From: Deferribacterales bacterium
GTDB taxonomy: Bacteria; Chrysiogenota; Deferribacteres; Deferribacterales; Geovibrionaceae
DNA: 64,000 nucleotides
Assembly (NCBI GenBank): GCA_050253075.1
Contig: JBFWJS010000002.1
Location: forward strand, 384,001-448,000
Reading direction: 5' to 3'
Shown here piece by piece: positions 19,348 to 28,989 of the stretch. How positions within the stretch are numbered: position 1 is the first letter of the stretch; each line of letters opens with the position of its first letter. Both the position numbers and the translations under genes were made by a program. A model generated the notes under the pieces. It saw only the letters and a list, made by a program, of their open reading frames with translations. It did not search any database and was not told the DNA's origin.

Positions 19348-21156
19348 ATGTTTAAAGAGATTTACGTTAGCCTGGAGAAAAACATCTTCAACACTCTCAC
19401 TAAAAAACTGGTGGGAAACATATTATTCATTGTATTTCTACAAACTATAGCGCTTATAACATTCGCTATGACAAGGGACGACATCACCGCAGCCCTTTAC
19501 GCACTACCTGTTGAAAGGGAAGCCGTAGAGGCGATACTGCTTCTATGTAAGCAGAAGTTCATGATACCGCTTGCGTTCATGCTGATGACATTCGGCGGGC
19601 TTTTCTTCATGATGTTCTTCTTCTCTATACTTATCGTTCGCCCGATAAAGAAGATAGCCGCTGTTTTCGCCGAGATAGGCGAAGGCGGAAACGACCTTTC
19701 AAAAGACATGCCTCTCCTCACATACGACGAGATGCGTGATCTTTCACACAACTATAACCTCTTCATGCAGAAACTGCGTAAGATACTTTTAAAAGTACGT
19801 ATGCTTAGCGTCAATATAGGCGTGGAATCCGCACAGGTTGTTCTCAGTGTTAAGCAGGCCACAAACGAAGTGGACAAACAGAGCGACCTTTCGCACCAGA
19901 TATATGAATCCAGCTCACGCACAAACGAATCCATCGAGACGATACGCTCCACAGCCGTCACAATCAGCGCAGCGGCAAATCAGAACCTGGTGAATGCCCA
20001 GTCATCAAAAGACGAAATGACAGCTCTGACAGGCAATATGGACTCCATATCGAACATGCTGGAGGAGTTCCACACTACCGTCGGAGACCTTACTAAAAAT
20101 TCTGAAAACATCAGAGACATAGTATCCCTCATCGAGGATATCTCAGACCAGACAAACCTGCTCGCACTTAACGCAGCCATCGAGGCGGCGAGAGCGGGTG
20201 AGGCGGGAAGAGGCTTTGCCGTGGTGGCAGACGAAGTAAGAAAACTCGCAGAAAGAGTTAAATCTGCCACAGAAGAGATATCGAAGAACATCAACGACAT
20301 GATAAAGCAGGTTCGCCATACCGAAGATCAGACGGAGCAGATAGGCGACTATATCAATAAGACAAGAGACGTGGTGGACAGCACTGCGTCCAGCTTTGAA
20401 AACATGGTGCACGACTTCGAAGAGACAGGCCACGGGGTAAACGAGATAACAGTATCCCTCGACGAGTTCTCCTCCATCAATTCCGTAGTATTTGAAAATG
20501 TAAATATGATAAATAACATCGCCGCTCAGGTTACGGACAAGATGGACAGATCAAACGACAACACCATGAGCCTTAACCAGCGCATAGAAGAGATTCAGGA
20601 CAATGTGACCCAGTTCCGCATCGGCATGGGATACATGGAAGTGATACTCGAAAAAGCGTGCAGCATTAAAAAGCAGTATGAAGACTACCTCACCGACCTT
20701 GCGAAACAGGGCGTAGATGTATTTGATAAAAACTATAGAGAAATCCCCGGTACTAATCCGAAGAAATTTAAGACCGGCTATGACTCAAAGGTCGAGAAGT
20801 ATTTTCAGGATATATCCGAGCAGCTTCTCAACTCTATAAACGGCTGTATCTTCACACTGGCGGTGGACATAAACGGATATGCACCGACACATAATAAGAA
20901 GTATTCCAGAAAGCCCACAGGCGATATCCAGCAGGATACTATAAACAGCAGGGACAAGCGTATCTTTAAAGACCACGCAGGTCTCAGAGCGGCTAAGAAT
21001 GTACTGCCGTTCCTTATGCAGACATACGCCAGAGACACCGGAGAGATACTCAATGACCTCAGCATACCTATCGAAGTAAACGGTAAGCACTGGGGTGCTC
21101 TCAGAATAGGCTTTGACCCGAATGCGCTCCTTAACGAAGGTAAAAAACTTACTTAA
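19348..21156 (+). CDS. Methyl-accepting chemotaxis protein with an extra C-terminal domain
   Basis: Two TM segments with a short loop, HAMP, MCP signalling signature, then about 170 aa more ([19 protein letters not shown]). Confidence 0.93.
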   Translation: MFKEIYVSLEKNIFNTLTKKLVGNILFIVFLQTIALITFAMTRDDITAALYALPVEREAVEAILLLCKQKFMIPLAFMLMTFGGLFFMMFFFSILIVRPIKKIAAVFAEIGEGGNDLSKDMPLLTYDEMRDLSHNYNLFMQKLRKILLKVRMLSVNIGVESAQVVLSVKQATNEVDKQSDLSHQIYESSSRTNESIETIRSTAVTISAAANQNLVNAQSSKDEMTALTGNMDSISNMLEEFHTTVGDLTKNSENIRDIVSLIEDISDQTNLLALNAAIEAARAGEAGRGFAVVADEVRKLAERVKSATEEISKNINDMIKQVRHTEDQTEQIGDYINKTRDVVDSTASSFENMVHDFEETGHGVNEITVSLDEFSSINSVVFENVNMINNIAAQVTDKMDRSNDNTMSLNQRIEEIQDNVTQFRIGMGYMEVILEKACSIKKQYEDYLTDLAKQGVDVFDKNYREIPGTNPKKFKTGYDSKVEKYFQDISEQLLNSINGCIFTLAVDINGYAPTHNKKYSRKPTGDIQQDTINSRDKRIFKDHAGLRAAKNVLPFLMQTYARDTGEILNDLSIPIEVNGKHWGALRIGFDPNALLNEGKKLT

Positions 21157-21932
21157 AGAAAGAGAACCATCAGCAGGAGCAGACAAAGTGCTCCGATGAT
21201 ATTCAGAAGAAGAGTGATGAACTGGTCTTTTTCGAAACGGTTAAAGACCTTGTTCTTATCTTTGAAGTCTGTCTTGATGCGTGCGATATCTGCTGTCAGC
21301 TTTGCTCTGTCGGCGAAAAGGCTTCTCACAAACGGAGCTATCTCTAGCTCTGTGATAGTGTCTTTCCTTATATTCAGCTTAAGCATCTCGGCACGCTCGA
21401 TATTCAGGATACCTTTATTATTATCGTTTCCGTCGAAACTGAACCAGAAGCCGAACTTCTCCATAAAAGCGAAAAATGCACTTCTATCCACATCCTCGTC
21501 GGCATCGCCGAATGAGAAATGTATCGGCTCAATAGCAAAGTCGTGGTAGTTATTTTTAAGTATGGTCGCTATCTCGTTCAGAGCGTATGAGCTGAGCCCA
21601 TAGCCTCTGTAGTTCTTCGATAGCTTATATCTGTTCAGATGGGGAAACTTTATCGAATGTGATATCAGATCCACGGAGCATGACAGCTTATTCTCTTTTT
21701 TAAAGATGTTTGTCTGAGCGGCGGGACCGTCATGGGCATAGTCATCCAGCAGCGGGTCACCCTCGGGAGAGTTCTTCACTATCGGCACGATCGAAGCAGT
21801 GATGTTCACTTCGCTGTTGGTCTTTATCACTTCCATCTCAAAGAGCACATAGCCCATAGTGATGGTTCTGGTATCTGTAACTTTGCCCGAGACTTTAAGG
21901 AGTTTCATCTCCTTAGATGTTTCTTTAGCCAT
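21153..21932 (-). CDS. Hypothetical protein with a GNAT-like motif and C-terminal TM anchor
   Basis: NYRGYGLSS resembles acetyl-CoA-binding motif A; FMEKFGF; terminal hydrophobic helix. Confidence 0.65.
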   Translation of the reverse strand: MAKETSKEMKLLKVSGKVTDTRTITMGYVLFEMEVIKTNSEVNITASIVPIVKNSPEGDPLLDDYAHDGPAAQTNIFKKENKLSCSVDLISHSIKFPHLNRYKLSKNYRGYGLSSYALNEIATILKNNYHDFAIEPIHFSFGDADEDVDRSAFFAFMEKFGFWFSFDGNDNNKGILNIERAEMLKLNIRKDTITELEIAPFVRSLFADRAKLTADIARIKTDFKDKNKVFNRFEKDQFITLLLNIIGALCLLLLMVLFL

Positions 21933-21948
21933 TTGTTTTATTCACCGG

Positions 21949-22515
21949 TTATTTAAAGATCCTCAGCAGTTTTCCGCCCAGGATGCCCTTGTCGAAATCG
22001 ATAGGCATAAGCATGCTCCTCGCCTCTTCATTCTTCATAATGTTAGGTATGATGGATGAAAACGAGTTAAGCTGCTGCATGAGCAGTATCTGCGGCAGTC
22101 TGTTGGTGCTGGAGCCCGACTCTATTATATCGGAGACAAACACCTTCAGCACGACCATAAATATATTTATAGTTTCGGCTGAATCCTGCTCTAACTGAAT
22201 TAAAAATTTCTTATTTAAAAATATATCCTTTATCGCTTTTGAAAAGGGCATCTTTTTCGTGTGCCCGGTGAACTGTCTTTTGCTCCTTCCCGTAGCAAGC
22301 GATAGGACAAAATTGTAATAGCATATAAAGTATTGAATACGATAGTCCTCGAGCGGATCGAGGTCCTGAGAGATGACATTGTCCAGACTGACCGAGGCCT
22401 CTATGGACATAGCCGTGGCGGCTGTCATCTTTGAATATAGTTTCTTTGTGAAGTCGGTAAGGGACAGCTCATATTCGCCGTCGATCACCTGCTCCGCCGT
22501 GAACTCCCACTCCAT
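21949..22515 (-). CDS. Hypothetical protein
   Basis: 188-aa ORF with AAGGAG RBS, 16 bp from the next gene; no motif recognised. Confidence 0.7.
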   Translation of the reverse strand: MEWEFTAEQVIDGEYELSLTDFTKKLYSKMTAATAMSIEASVSLDNVISQDLDPLEDYRIQYFICYYNFVLSLATGRSKRQFTGHTKKMPFSKAIKDIFLNKKFLIQLEQDSAETINIFMVVLKVFVSDIIESGSSTNRLPQILLMQQLNSFSSIIPNIMKNEEARSMLMPIDFDKGILGGKLLRIFK

Positions 22516-22656
22516 TCACTTCTCCTTAAATCACTCCAGTATATATTACACTGAAACCGGACTGTATTCCACAGCTCATTTCAGAAGCTGTCTAAATTTT
22601 ATCGGCCGAGCCATAGAAAAAAATACCCCTAATCCTCGGCATGTTTTTTGCGATAT

Positions 22657-22683
22657 TATATATATCACAATAATATCCGATAA
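22657..22683 (+). promoter_or_regulatory. Putative sigma-28 promoter upstream of the flagellar brake gene
   Basis: TATA-N15-TCCGATAA. Confidence 0.45.
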
Positions 22684-22935
22684 GTCATCAACAACAGACA
22701 CAAAAGACACAATCGGATTCAGGCAATAAGAAGGTCACCCTTCTCCGGTCTTTGAACCGGCGTGTAGAATTGTTCCTCTATATTACACGGGGAATGTGAT
22801 ATTTCCCCATACGTATTGTGGAGAAGCGAGGGTTTTACCATGTTCGGGCTTGAGATTTTTAGCAAATTAGTAGACTTTAATAATAAGAGCAACGACGACA
22901 CGTTGGAAATTTTTTTTACTGAGGGCAATGTAATT

Positions 22936-23613
22936 ATGCAGGAGAAAGTAAAGAACCTTGAGGACTTCCTCAATGTTAACACCAGAATAAACATCACTTT
23001 GAACAGAACAGATTATCCGGGTGTTTACGACTCCAGAGTTGAAGATATAGATAAGAAACACATACTCATCTCGCACCCTTCCGATGAAGGAGTGCCTATA
23101 CCTATGCTGCCAGGCACAAAGGTCAAAGTAGAATACGTCAGCAACGACGGACGCTTCAGCTTCGACTCCGAAGTGATAGGTAAACATACGGAAGGCAGCC
23201 TCAGCTTCATACAGATATCTGTTCCCAAAACCGTAGGAAGGAACCAGCTTAGAGAGTTTTTCCGTGTACCTACGAACATCAGGGGGAGCGTAAAGATATT
23301 CTATGCGAAAGTACCCGACATAAGCATGAAGATACCTCATAAGAAGGTCGACTGCAGGGTCATAGACCTCTCAGGCGGCGGCGGAAAGCTGATCACGGAG
23401 GCATACTTTGAAAAAGGTCAGGTCTTCGGGCTGGATATGTCCGCAGATATAGAGGATGCGTCAGATGTCCGCTGTACTTGCATACGCTCAAAGCGCATAG
23501 CGGATAAATCGGAGGTCAGCTTCAAGTTCAACGTGGCAAAGGACTCCGAGCGGAACCCTATCATAAAATACGTCTTTAAAAGGCAGATAGAGCTTAAACA
23601 GCTCCTCGGCTAA
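22936..23613 (+). CDS. Flagellar brake protein (YcgR-like N-terminus plus PilZ domain)
   Basis: QLREFFRV (RxxxR) and DLSGGG (DxSxxG) c-di-GMP-binding motifs; start estimated at ATG 22936. Confidence 0.88.
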   Translation: MQEKVKNLEDFLNVNTRINITLNRTDYPGVYDSRVEDIDKKHILISHPSDEGVPIPMLPGTKVKVEYVSNDGRFSFDSEVIGKHTEGSLSFIQISVPKTVGRNQLREFFRVPTNIRGSVKIFYAKVPDISMKIPHKKVDCRVIDLSGGGGKLITEAYFEKGQVFGLDMSADIEDASDVRCTCIRSKRIADKSEVSFKFNVAKDSERNPIIKYVFKRQIELKQLLG

Positions 23614-24119
23614 TCAGGGAATACTATATCGGGGTTGTGCTTCACGGCCTTATACCTCACCAGCACGGAGAGAGCCTTTGCAGCCTTTATGGTGTACAGG
23701 TCTGTCTCTTTCATCCATATGGTGCGCAGACCGTGTGCTACCTCTGTCCCCTGTATGTCGGGCTCGTCTATGACGGTTGAGTTGTTTATCTCGACGGCGA
23801 AAAGCCTGACCTCTTCGTTGGTCATCCCCACACCGCTGTATATGCTCCCCAGATCCATCAGATCAGACTGTGTGATACGCACGCCTGTCTCTTCGTAAAG
23901 TTCGCGCACGGCGGTCTCTATGGGCTCCTCGCCTTCGTCTATGAGCCCCGCAGGCCATTCCTGAACCCTGCACCCCACAGGCGGTCTGTACTGTTCCACC
24001 ATCAGATATTCCTGTCTGTCCGTGTGGTACACCAGTATGATCACGGCGCCTGCACAATTCACACGCCTCACATACTCCCAGCCCGATTCTGTAGTTACAA
24101 GTTCCAGAAATTTACCCAC
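23610..24119 (-). CDS. NUDIX hydrolase (ADP-ribose pyrophosphatase-like)
   Basis: Nudix box GLIDEGEEPIETAVRELYEETG; EQYRPP. Confidence 0.9.
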   Translation of the reverse strand: MGKFLELVTTESGWEYVRRVNCAGAVIILVYHTDRQEYLMVEQYRPPVGCRVQEWPAGLIDEGEEPIETAVRELYEETGVRITQSDLMDLGSIYSGVGMTNEEVRLFAVEINNSTVIDEPDIQGTEVAHGLRTIWMKETDLYTIKAAKALSVLVRYKAVKHNPDIVFPD

Positions 24120-24195
24120 TTTATTCTCCTGTCTATATCATATCAGTTCAGTTTTAGTGTATGGTCATCTGTTTGTCAGAAACAGTTCAAAGGTT

Positions 24196-24993
24196 TCACT
24201 CGCCGAATTCAGCCCATACGGGCGCATGGTCGGACGGTTTTTCCATACCTCTGATATCGTAATCTATGCCCACGGCAGAGCACTTCTCCGCCAGCGGACT
24301 GCTGACCATTATGTGGTCTATGCGGAGCCCTCTTTTCGGCTCGGCCTCGAATCCTTTGCTGCGATAGTCAAACCAGCTCATGTATTCGCCGCAGTCGGGG
24401 CGCAGCTTTCTGTATACGTCTGTGAGACCCCAGTCGGCAACCTTCTGAAGCCATTCCCTCTCCTCAGGCAGGAAAGATGTCTTCCCCTGCTTCAGCCATC
24501 TTTTGACGCTGTCGGGGTTTATCCCTATGTCGAGGTCTGTGGGAGCGACATTCATATCGCCGACAAGAATGACATTTTCAGCTTTATCCAGAGTGTTCAT
24601 GTATCCGATCAGATCGGCATAGAACTTTTCCTTTGCGGGGAATTTTACGGGGTGGTCTCTGCTCTCCCCCTGAGGGAAGTATCCGTTGATGAATTTCAGA
24701 TCGCCGTAGTCGCACATGATGAATCTGCGCTGGGCATCGGCATCGTCAGAGGGGAATCCCTTCTGAACAGCCACAGGCTCCTTCTTGGACATCACGGCAA
24801 CTCCGTAGTGGGTCTTCTGTCCGAAGAACTCCACGTGGTATCCCATTGCCTTTATATCCTCTACGGGGAATTCCTCGTCACGGACCTTTGTCTCCTGAAG
24901 CCCTATGATGTCAGGGCTATGCGTCTCTATTAGTTTATCCAGCTGATGCAGTCTGGTTCTGATACTGTTTACGTTGAATGTTACTACCTTCAT
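24196..24993 (-). CDS. xth: Exodeoxyribonuclease III
   Basis: TFNVNSIR, LQETK, YFPQG, GDMNVAP, GLRIDH, SDHAPV. Confidence 0.95.
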   Translation of the reverse strand: MKVVTFNVNSIRTRLHQLDKLIETHSPDIIGLQETKVRDEEFPVEDIKAMGYHVEFFGQKTHYGVAVMSKKEPVAVQKGFPSDDADAQRRFIMCDYGDLKFINGYFPQGESRDHPVKFPAKEKFYADLIGYMNTLDKAENVILVGDMNVAPTDLDIGINPDSVKRWLKQGKTSFLPEEREWLQKVADWGLTDVYRKLRPDCGEYMSWFDYRSKGFEAEPKRGLRIDHIMVSSPLAEKCSAVGIDYDIRGMEKPSDHAPVWAEFGE

Positions 24994-25061
24994 AATAACT
25001 CCGATTTAGTGTTTTTATGAGTGTATCGCACTTTGCCGTAAATGTATAGGAGGGGAAAAAC

Positions 25062-25089
25062 AGATTCTTCGACTTCGCTCAGAATGACA
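25062..25089 (-). repeat. Single GTCA-headed REP-like unit
   Basis: Minus strand TGTCATTCTGAGCGAAGTCGAAGAATCT, nearly identical to the unit at 12574-12600. Confidence 0.8.
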
Positions 25090-25140
25090 AAATGATAAAT
25101 TGAAGTTTTTGAGGGAAACGAAGGATATAGAAAGAAAAAG

Positions 25141-25166
25141 AAAAGGCGGGCTAGATGCCCGCCTTG
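25141..25166 (-). terminator. Intrinsic terminator after the flagellin-DUF2292 unit
   Basis: AAGGCGGGC-atcta-GCCCGCCTTTTCTTTTT on the minus strand. Confidence 0.8.
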
Positions 25167-25171
25167 TTACT

Positions 25172-25339
25172 CTATATTTTCATTGACTCAGTCTTGCGTA
25201 CGATTGTTACTCGTCCCGCTTCGAACTTTACCTCTACTGAGCCGTAGAAACTTGTTTGAAACATCTCCTTGAGCATGTCTTGGAGCTGCTCCATCTGGTT
25301 CTTATTATTGTCTTTTTTCTGTACACTCATAGCAGCCAT
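25172..25339 (-). CDS. Small DUF2292/YezD-like protein
   Basis: FYGSVEVKFEAGRVTIVRKTE pattern; GGAGG RBS. Confidence 0.7.
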   Translation of the reverse strand: MAAMSVQKKDNNKNQMEQLQDMLKEMFQTSFYGSVEVKFEAGRVTIVRKTESMKI

Positions 25340-25376
25340 ATTACTACCTCCCAAATTAGTCTACGTCAGTTCTTGT

Positions 25377-27788
25377 TTACTGAAGCAGCTGAAGAGCCAT
25401 TTGCGGAATCTGGTTAGCCTGTGCCAGCATCGAAATACCCGCTTGTGAAAGCATCTGGTATCTTGTGAATGTGGTCATTTCTTCGGCCATATCCAGGTCC
25501 CTGATCCTTGATTCAGAAGCTGTCATGTTCTCTTCTGCAGTTTCAAGGTTTACAATAGTGTGTTCAAGTCTGTTGATCTGAGCACCTATTGTAGCTCTGA
25601 TGCTTACCACCATGTCGATAGCAGCATCGATATCCGGGATAGCTCTCTGAGCCAGTTCCTGAGAAACGAGAGTTACATCGTCGAGTCCCAGACCTGTCAC
25701 GTCGAGCTGAGGGATGCTTACAGAGAGTGTTTGTCCTTCGTTTGCACCTATCTGCAGGTCAGTGGAGTTATCCACGATATGCAGGAAGTACTCGTCGTTA
25801 GCGGCGGCTTCGTTAGTAGTGAAGAAGATCTCCTGTGCGGAGCTGTTCCAGCTTTCTGTCACGCCTGCTCTGGAGTCGATAACGATCTCCACGCCGTCGA
25901 TAAGTCCGTACACTCTGTCGTTACCTGTTTCGTCTGTGCCGATCAGGTCGCCTGTGTGAGCATCATAAACCTCTACCTTAGTAGTATTATTTGTCGCTTC
26001 CTGAATTTCGTTCAGGGAGAGACCGTCTATGAGTCTCTGGTCACCGGAGAAAGCGATCTCGCCCTGCTCTCCTGTGAGCGCTGATTGAATGATGAAAGTA
26101 CCTTTAACTGTTCTGGAGCCTTCACTCTCAGGGTTTGAAACATAGTCTACAAGGTGGTTGTTAACGTTGTTGTTATCAGAGCCCATACCGAGGTCGTTCA
26201 CGAGTGCATCTGTCAGTTTTTCTTCAACGTCAGCAATAGTGTCGTCACCTTCGAGGTATATAGTAGCGCTTGTTCCGTTACCCCATATTGTGAGTTCCTG
26301 TTTGTTCTCGAAGAGACTGTTTCCGTCTGCATCGATAAACACTGAAAGGTCTTTCAGTTTTGTTGTAGTCGCAGCTGCCTCGCCTGATCCTGTGATCTGG
26401 AGAGAAAGGTCGCCTGTGAGGGTCAGACCTGATGTTGCAACTGTTGCGGATGTATTTTCTCTGAAGTTCAGAGTGATATTACCTATATCAATGTTACCTG
26501 TCTGCTCATTTATCGTAGCATGATAAATAGTTACATCGTTTGTATCGATGAAGTTATCACCATTATCATGCTGTGTGAGCGATTCCGCACTTGAGAAGAC
26601 GATCGTCGGTCCGTCCTGATCATCAGGACCGCCTGTGATCTGGATAGTACCGCCGCCTGAGCTTGTGAGTCCCGCTGTTACAGCAGCACCGGCAGGCATA
26701 GGAGAAATGTTGAAAAGTATCTTATCTCCTGAGTTGAGAGCGCCTGTTGCGATATCGATTGCAAAGCCGAAGTCGACGGCAACGCCATCTGTGTTTTTCA
26801 GATTTGTACCGAACTCTGTCGCTCCCGCTGTGAAAATACCTGTAGCACTAGCTGTGAGAGTAACCTCACCCCAGTCGCCTTTCTCACCTGTGAGGGCATT
26901 GATAAAGCGTACGCTTATGGTTGTGGTTGTACCTGCTGAAACATCATCCCCGTCGAAAGAGTCCTGAAATTCAAGCTCGATATAGCCAGGGATACTGCCT
27001 GTTGAAGCAGCTGTTACTGCAGAGTTAATGACGAAACCTGAACCAGCCTGCTGATACATACCTGTCACGCCTACATCTGCTGTTGATGCGGATGTTGTGT
27101 CACCTACTGTTACAGTGTAATAAGCTGTGCCTGTCGCATTCAGAGACTCAGGGTCAGTGATTGTCATGATGTTAGACTCGTTAGTATCTGTCTCAGTCAT
27201 GATCTCTGCACCGATAACACCTTCTTTAAGTGTCATGATGTCAGATTTGAATATCTGGTTCTGACCTGCTTCGGTTTCAAGTTTGATCTTGTAGTTACCT
27301 TCTGCGACGTTGTCGCGGATGATAGCTTCGACTTTGTCAGTACTGGCTGACCAAAGTGCTGTTCCGTCTCCGTTAAGGAGCTTCTTTGTGTTGAATTCTG
27401 TGGATGAGGAAATTCTGTCGATCTCATCCTTAAGCTGCTCTACTTCCTTTTGGATTTCCACACGGTCGTTAGAAGTGTAAGTACCGTTGGATGCCTGTAC
27501 CGCAAGCTCACGCATTCTGCTGAGCATTGTGTTAACTTCACCGAGAGCACCTTCTGCTGTTTGCAACATCGATATACCGTCTTGTGCGTTCATAGTCGCA
27601 CGTTGAAGACCGGCAATTTGACCTCTTAATTTTTCTGATATTGCAAGTCCAGAAGCATCATCTGCAGCGGAGTTAATGCGGAGCCCTGAAGAGAGCTTTT
27701 CGATAGATTTGGTAAGCTCGTTCTGAGATACACCAACATTACGTTGTGCATTCAGAGACATTACGTTTTGATAGATTCTTATAGCCAT
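25377..27788 (-). CDS. fliC: Flagellin (803 aa, large variable region)
   Basis: EKLSSGLRINSAADDASGLAISEK, LQTAEGAL, RMRELAVQASN; C-terminal QIGANEGQ, GAQINRLEH, SRIRDLDMAEE, AQANQ. AAGGAGG RBS. Confidence 0.95.
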   Translation of the reverse strand: MAIRIYQNVMSLNAQRNVGVSQNELTKSIEKLSSGLRINSAADDASGLAISEKLRGQIAGLQRATMNAQDGISMLQTAEGALGEVNTMLSRMRELAVQASNGTYTSNDRVEIQKEVEQLKDEIDRISSSTEFNTKKLLNGDGTALWSASTDKVEAIIRDNVAEGNYKIKLETEAGQNQIFKSDIMTLKEGVIGAEIMTETDTNESNIMTITDPESLNATGTAYYTVTVGDTTSASTADVGVTGMYQQAGSGFVINSAVTAASTGSIPGYIELEFQDSFDGDDVSAGTTTTISVRFINALTGEKGDWGEVTLTASATGIFTAGATEFGTNLKNTDGVAVDFGFAIDIATGALNSGDKILFNISPMPAGAAVTAGLTSSGGGTIQITGGPDDQDGPTIVFSSAESLTQHDNGDNFIDTNDVTIYHATINEQTGNIDIGNITLNFRENTSATVATSGLTLTGDLSLQITGSGEAAATTTKLKDLSVFIDADGNSLFENKQELTIWGNGTSATIYLEGDDTIADVEEKLTDALVNDLGMGSDNNNVNNHLVDYVSNPESEGSRTVKGTFIIQSALTGEQGEIAFSGDQRLIDGLSLNEIQEATNNTTKVEVYDAHTGDLIGTDETGNDRVYGLIDGVEIVIDSRAGVTESWNSSAQEIFFTTNEAAANDEYFLHIVDNSTDLQIGANEGQTLSVSIPQLDVTGLGLDDVTLVSQELAQRAIPDIDAAIDMVVSIRATIGAQINRLEHTIVNLETAEENMTASESRIRDLDMAEEMTTFTRYQMLSQAGISMLAQANQIPQMALQLLQ

Positions 27789-27820
27789 CTCTATCCTCCT
27801 TGATTCTTTCAATAGAGGTC

Positions 27821-27836
27821 TGCGCATCCTTGCGCA
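27821..27836 (-). promoter_or_regulatory. Putative CsrA-binding hairpin in the flagellin leader
   Basis: TGCGC-AAGGAT-GCGCA upstream of a GGA-containing Shine-Dalgarno sequence. Confidence 0.65.
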
Positions 27837-27842
27837 TTTTTA

Positions 27843-27869
27843 AATTCGACCAAGAATTAGAAAACCTTA
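27843..27869 (-). promoter_or_regulatory. Putative sigma-28 promoter of flagellin
   Basis: TAAG-N15-GTCGAATT immediately upstream of the leader hairpin. Confidence 0.55.
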
Positions 27870-27930
27870 AAGAAATTTTTTTACTTTTTTTAAAATTTCT
27901 TATAAGTGCTTCATATCAAACGTGAAAAAA

Positions 27931-28989
27931 TTATTTAAAAAATCTCATGATATCGTTGTAGAAAGCGAAAAACATGACAAAAAGCAGGATTGAGAGACCA
28001 ACCATGTTGGCATATTCACGTATTTTTATGCTCACGGGACGGCGTATTATCGCCTCGAGAGTAAAGAACATAAGATGCCCTCCGTCGAGCACGGGGATGG
28101 GCAGCAGATTGAGTATGCCGAGGTTTATACTGATGATGGCCATGAAGCTGAGGAAGCTGATAATGCCTGTCTCCGCTGAGTCCTTAGCCATCTTTACGAT
28201 CATTATAGGGCCGCCGAGACTGTCGGCAGGCACGACTTTCTGGAATATCTTTACCACACCCATGACCATCAGCTCAGACACTCTGTATGTCTGCTGTACG
28301 CCTTTATACAGCGCAGTGAAGGGGTTCAGCACACGGGAAGTCTCTGTCAGGTCGCCACGTTCAATGCCGATGCGTCCTATACTTATCTCTTCGCCGAATA
28401 CATTCTTATCCACCACCGCCTCAGGTGTCGCCTGTATATCCATTATACTGCCGTCACGGTCTATGGTGAATGTGATGGTCTCGCCAGGCTTTTCGCTGAT
28501 GTACGAGCTCATCTCGTCCCAGTACTTCATCTCTTTACCGTCGAGAGCCTTTATGATGTCCCCGTCCATGAGCCCTGCGGCCTGAGCGGGAGCGCCTTCG
28601 ACTATACCGCCGATGGATGCGAGAAAGCGTGGAGTGCCTATCATGAATATCGCCATATATATAAGGATAGCGAGCAGGAAGTTAAACAAAGGTCCTGCGA
28701 AAACTATCGCAAATCTTGCTTTCAAAGGTTTGTGCGAAAAGGATCTGTTCTTGAGGCTTTCCTCTATTTCAGCGTCGATTGATTCTCCGTACATTTTTAC
28801 AAATCCGCCGAGAGGTATGGCAGAGAGGGCGTATTCCGTCTCGCCCTTCTTTTTAGACCATATCACGGGTCCGAAGCCGATGGAGAACTTCTCCACCAGT
28901 ACGCCGTTCTTCTTTGCCAAGAGAAAATGTCCGAGTTCGTGTATGAATATCAATACTCCGAGGAGTACGATTGCTGAAATTATTCCCAT
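27931..28989 (-). CDS. rseP: RIP metalloprotease RseP
   Basis: HELGH, FSIGFG, PLGGFV, AGPLFN, PDZ domain, NLLPIPVLDGG. Confidence 0.95.
   Translation of the reverse strand: MGIISAIVLLGVLIFIHELGHFLLAKKNGVLVEKFSIGFGPVIWSKKKGETEYALSAIPLGGFVKMYGESIDAEIEESLKNRSFSHKPLKARFAIVFAGPLFNFLLAILIYMAIFMIGTPRFLASIGGIVEGAPAQAAGLMDGDIIKALDGKEMKYWDEMSSYISEKPGETITFTIDRDGSIMDIQATPEAVVDKNVFGEEISIGRIGIERGDLTETSRVLNPFTALYKGVQQTYRVSELMVMGVVKIFQKVVPADSLGGPIMIVKMAKDSAETGIISFLSFMAIISINLGILNLLPIPVLDGGHLMFFTLEAIIRRPVSIKIREYANMVGLSILLFVMFFAFYNDIMRFFK

Noticed and set aside
22738..22832. tRNA, 6S RNA or c-di-GMP riboswitch call for the cloverleaf-like structure
   Set aside because: No proper T-arm closure, anticodon arm or CCA end; too short and branched for 6S; no riboswitch consensus recognised. 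Kept only as an unnamed structure.
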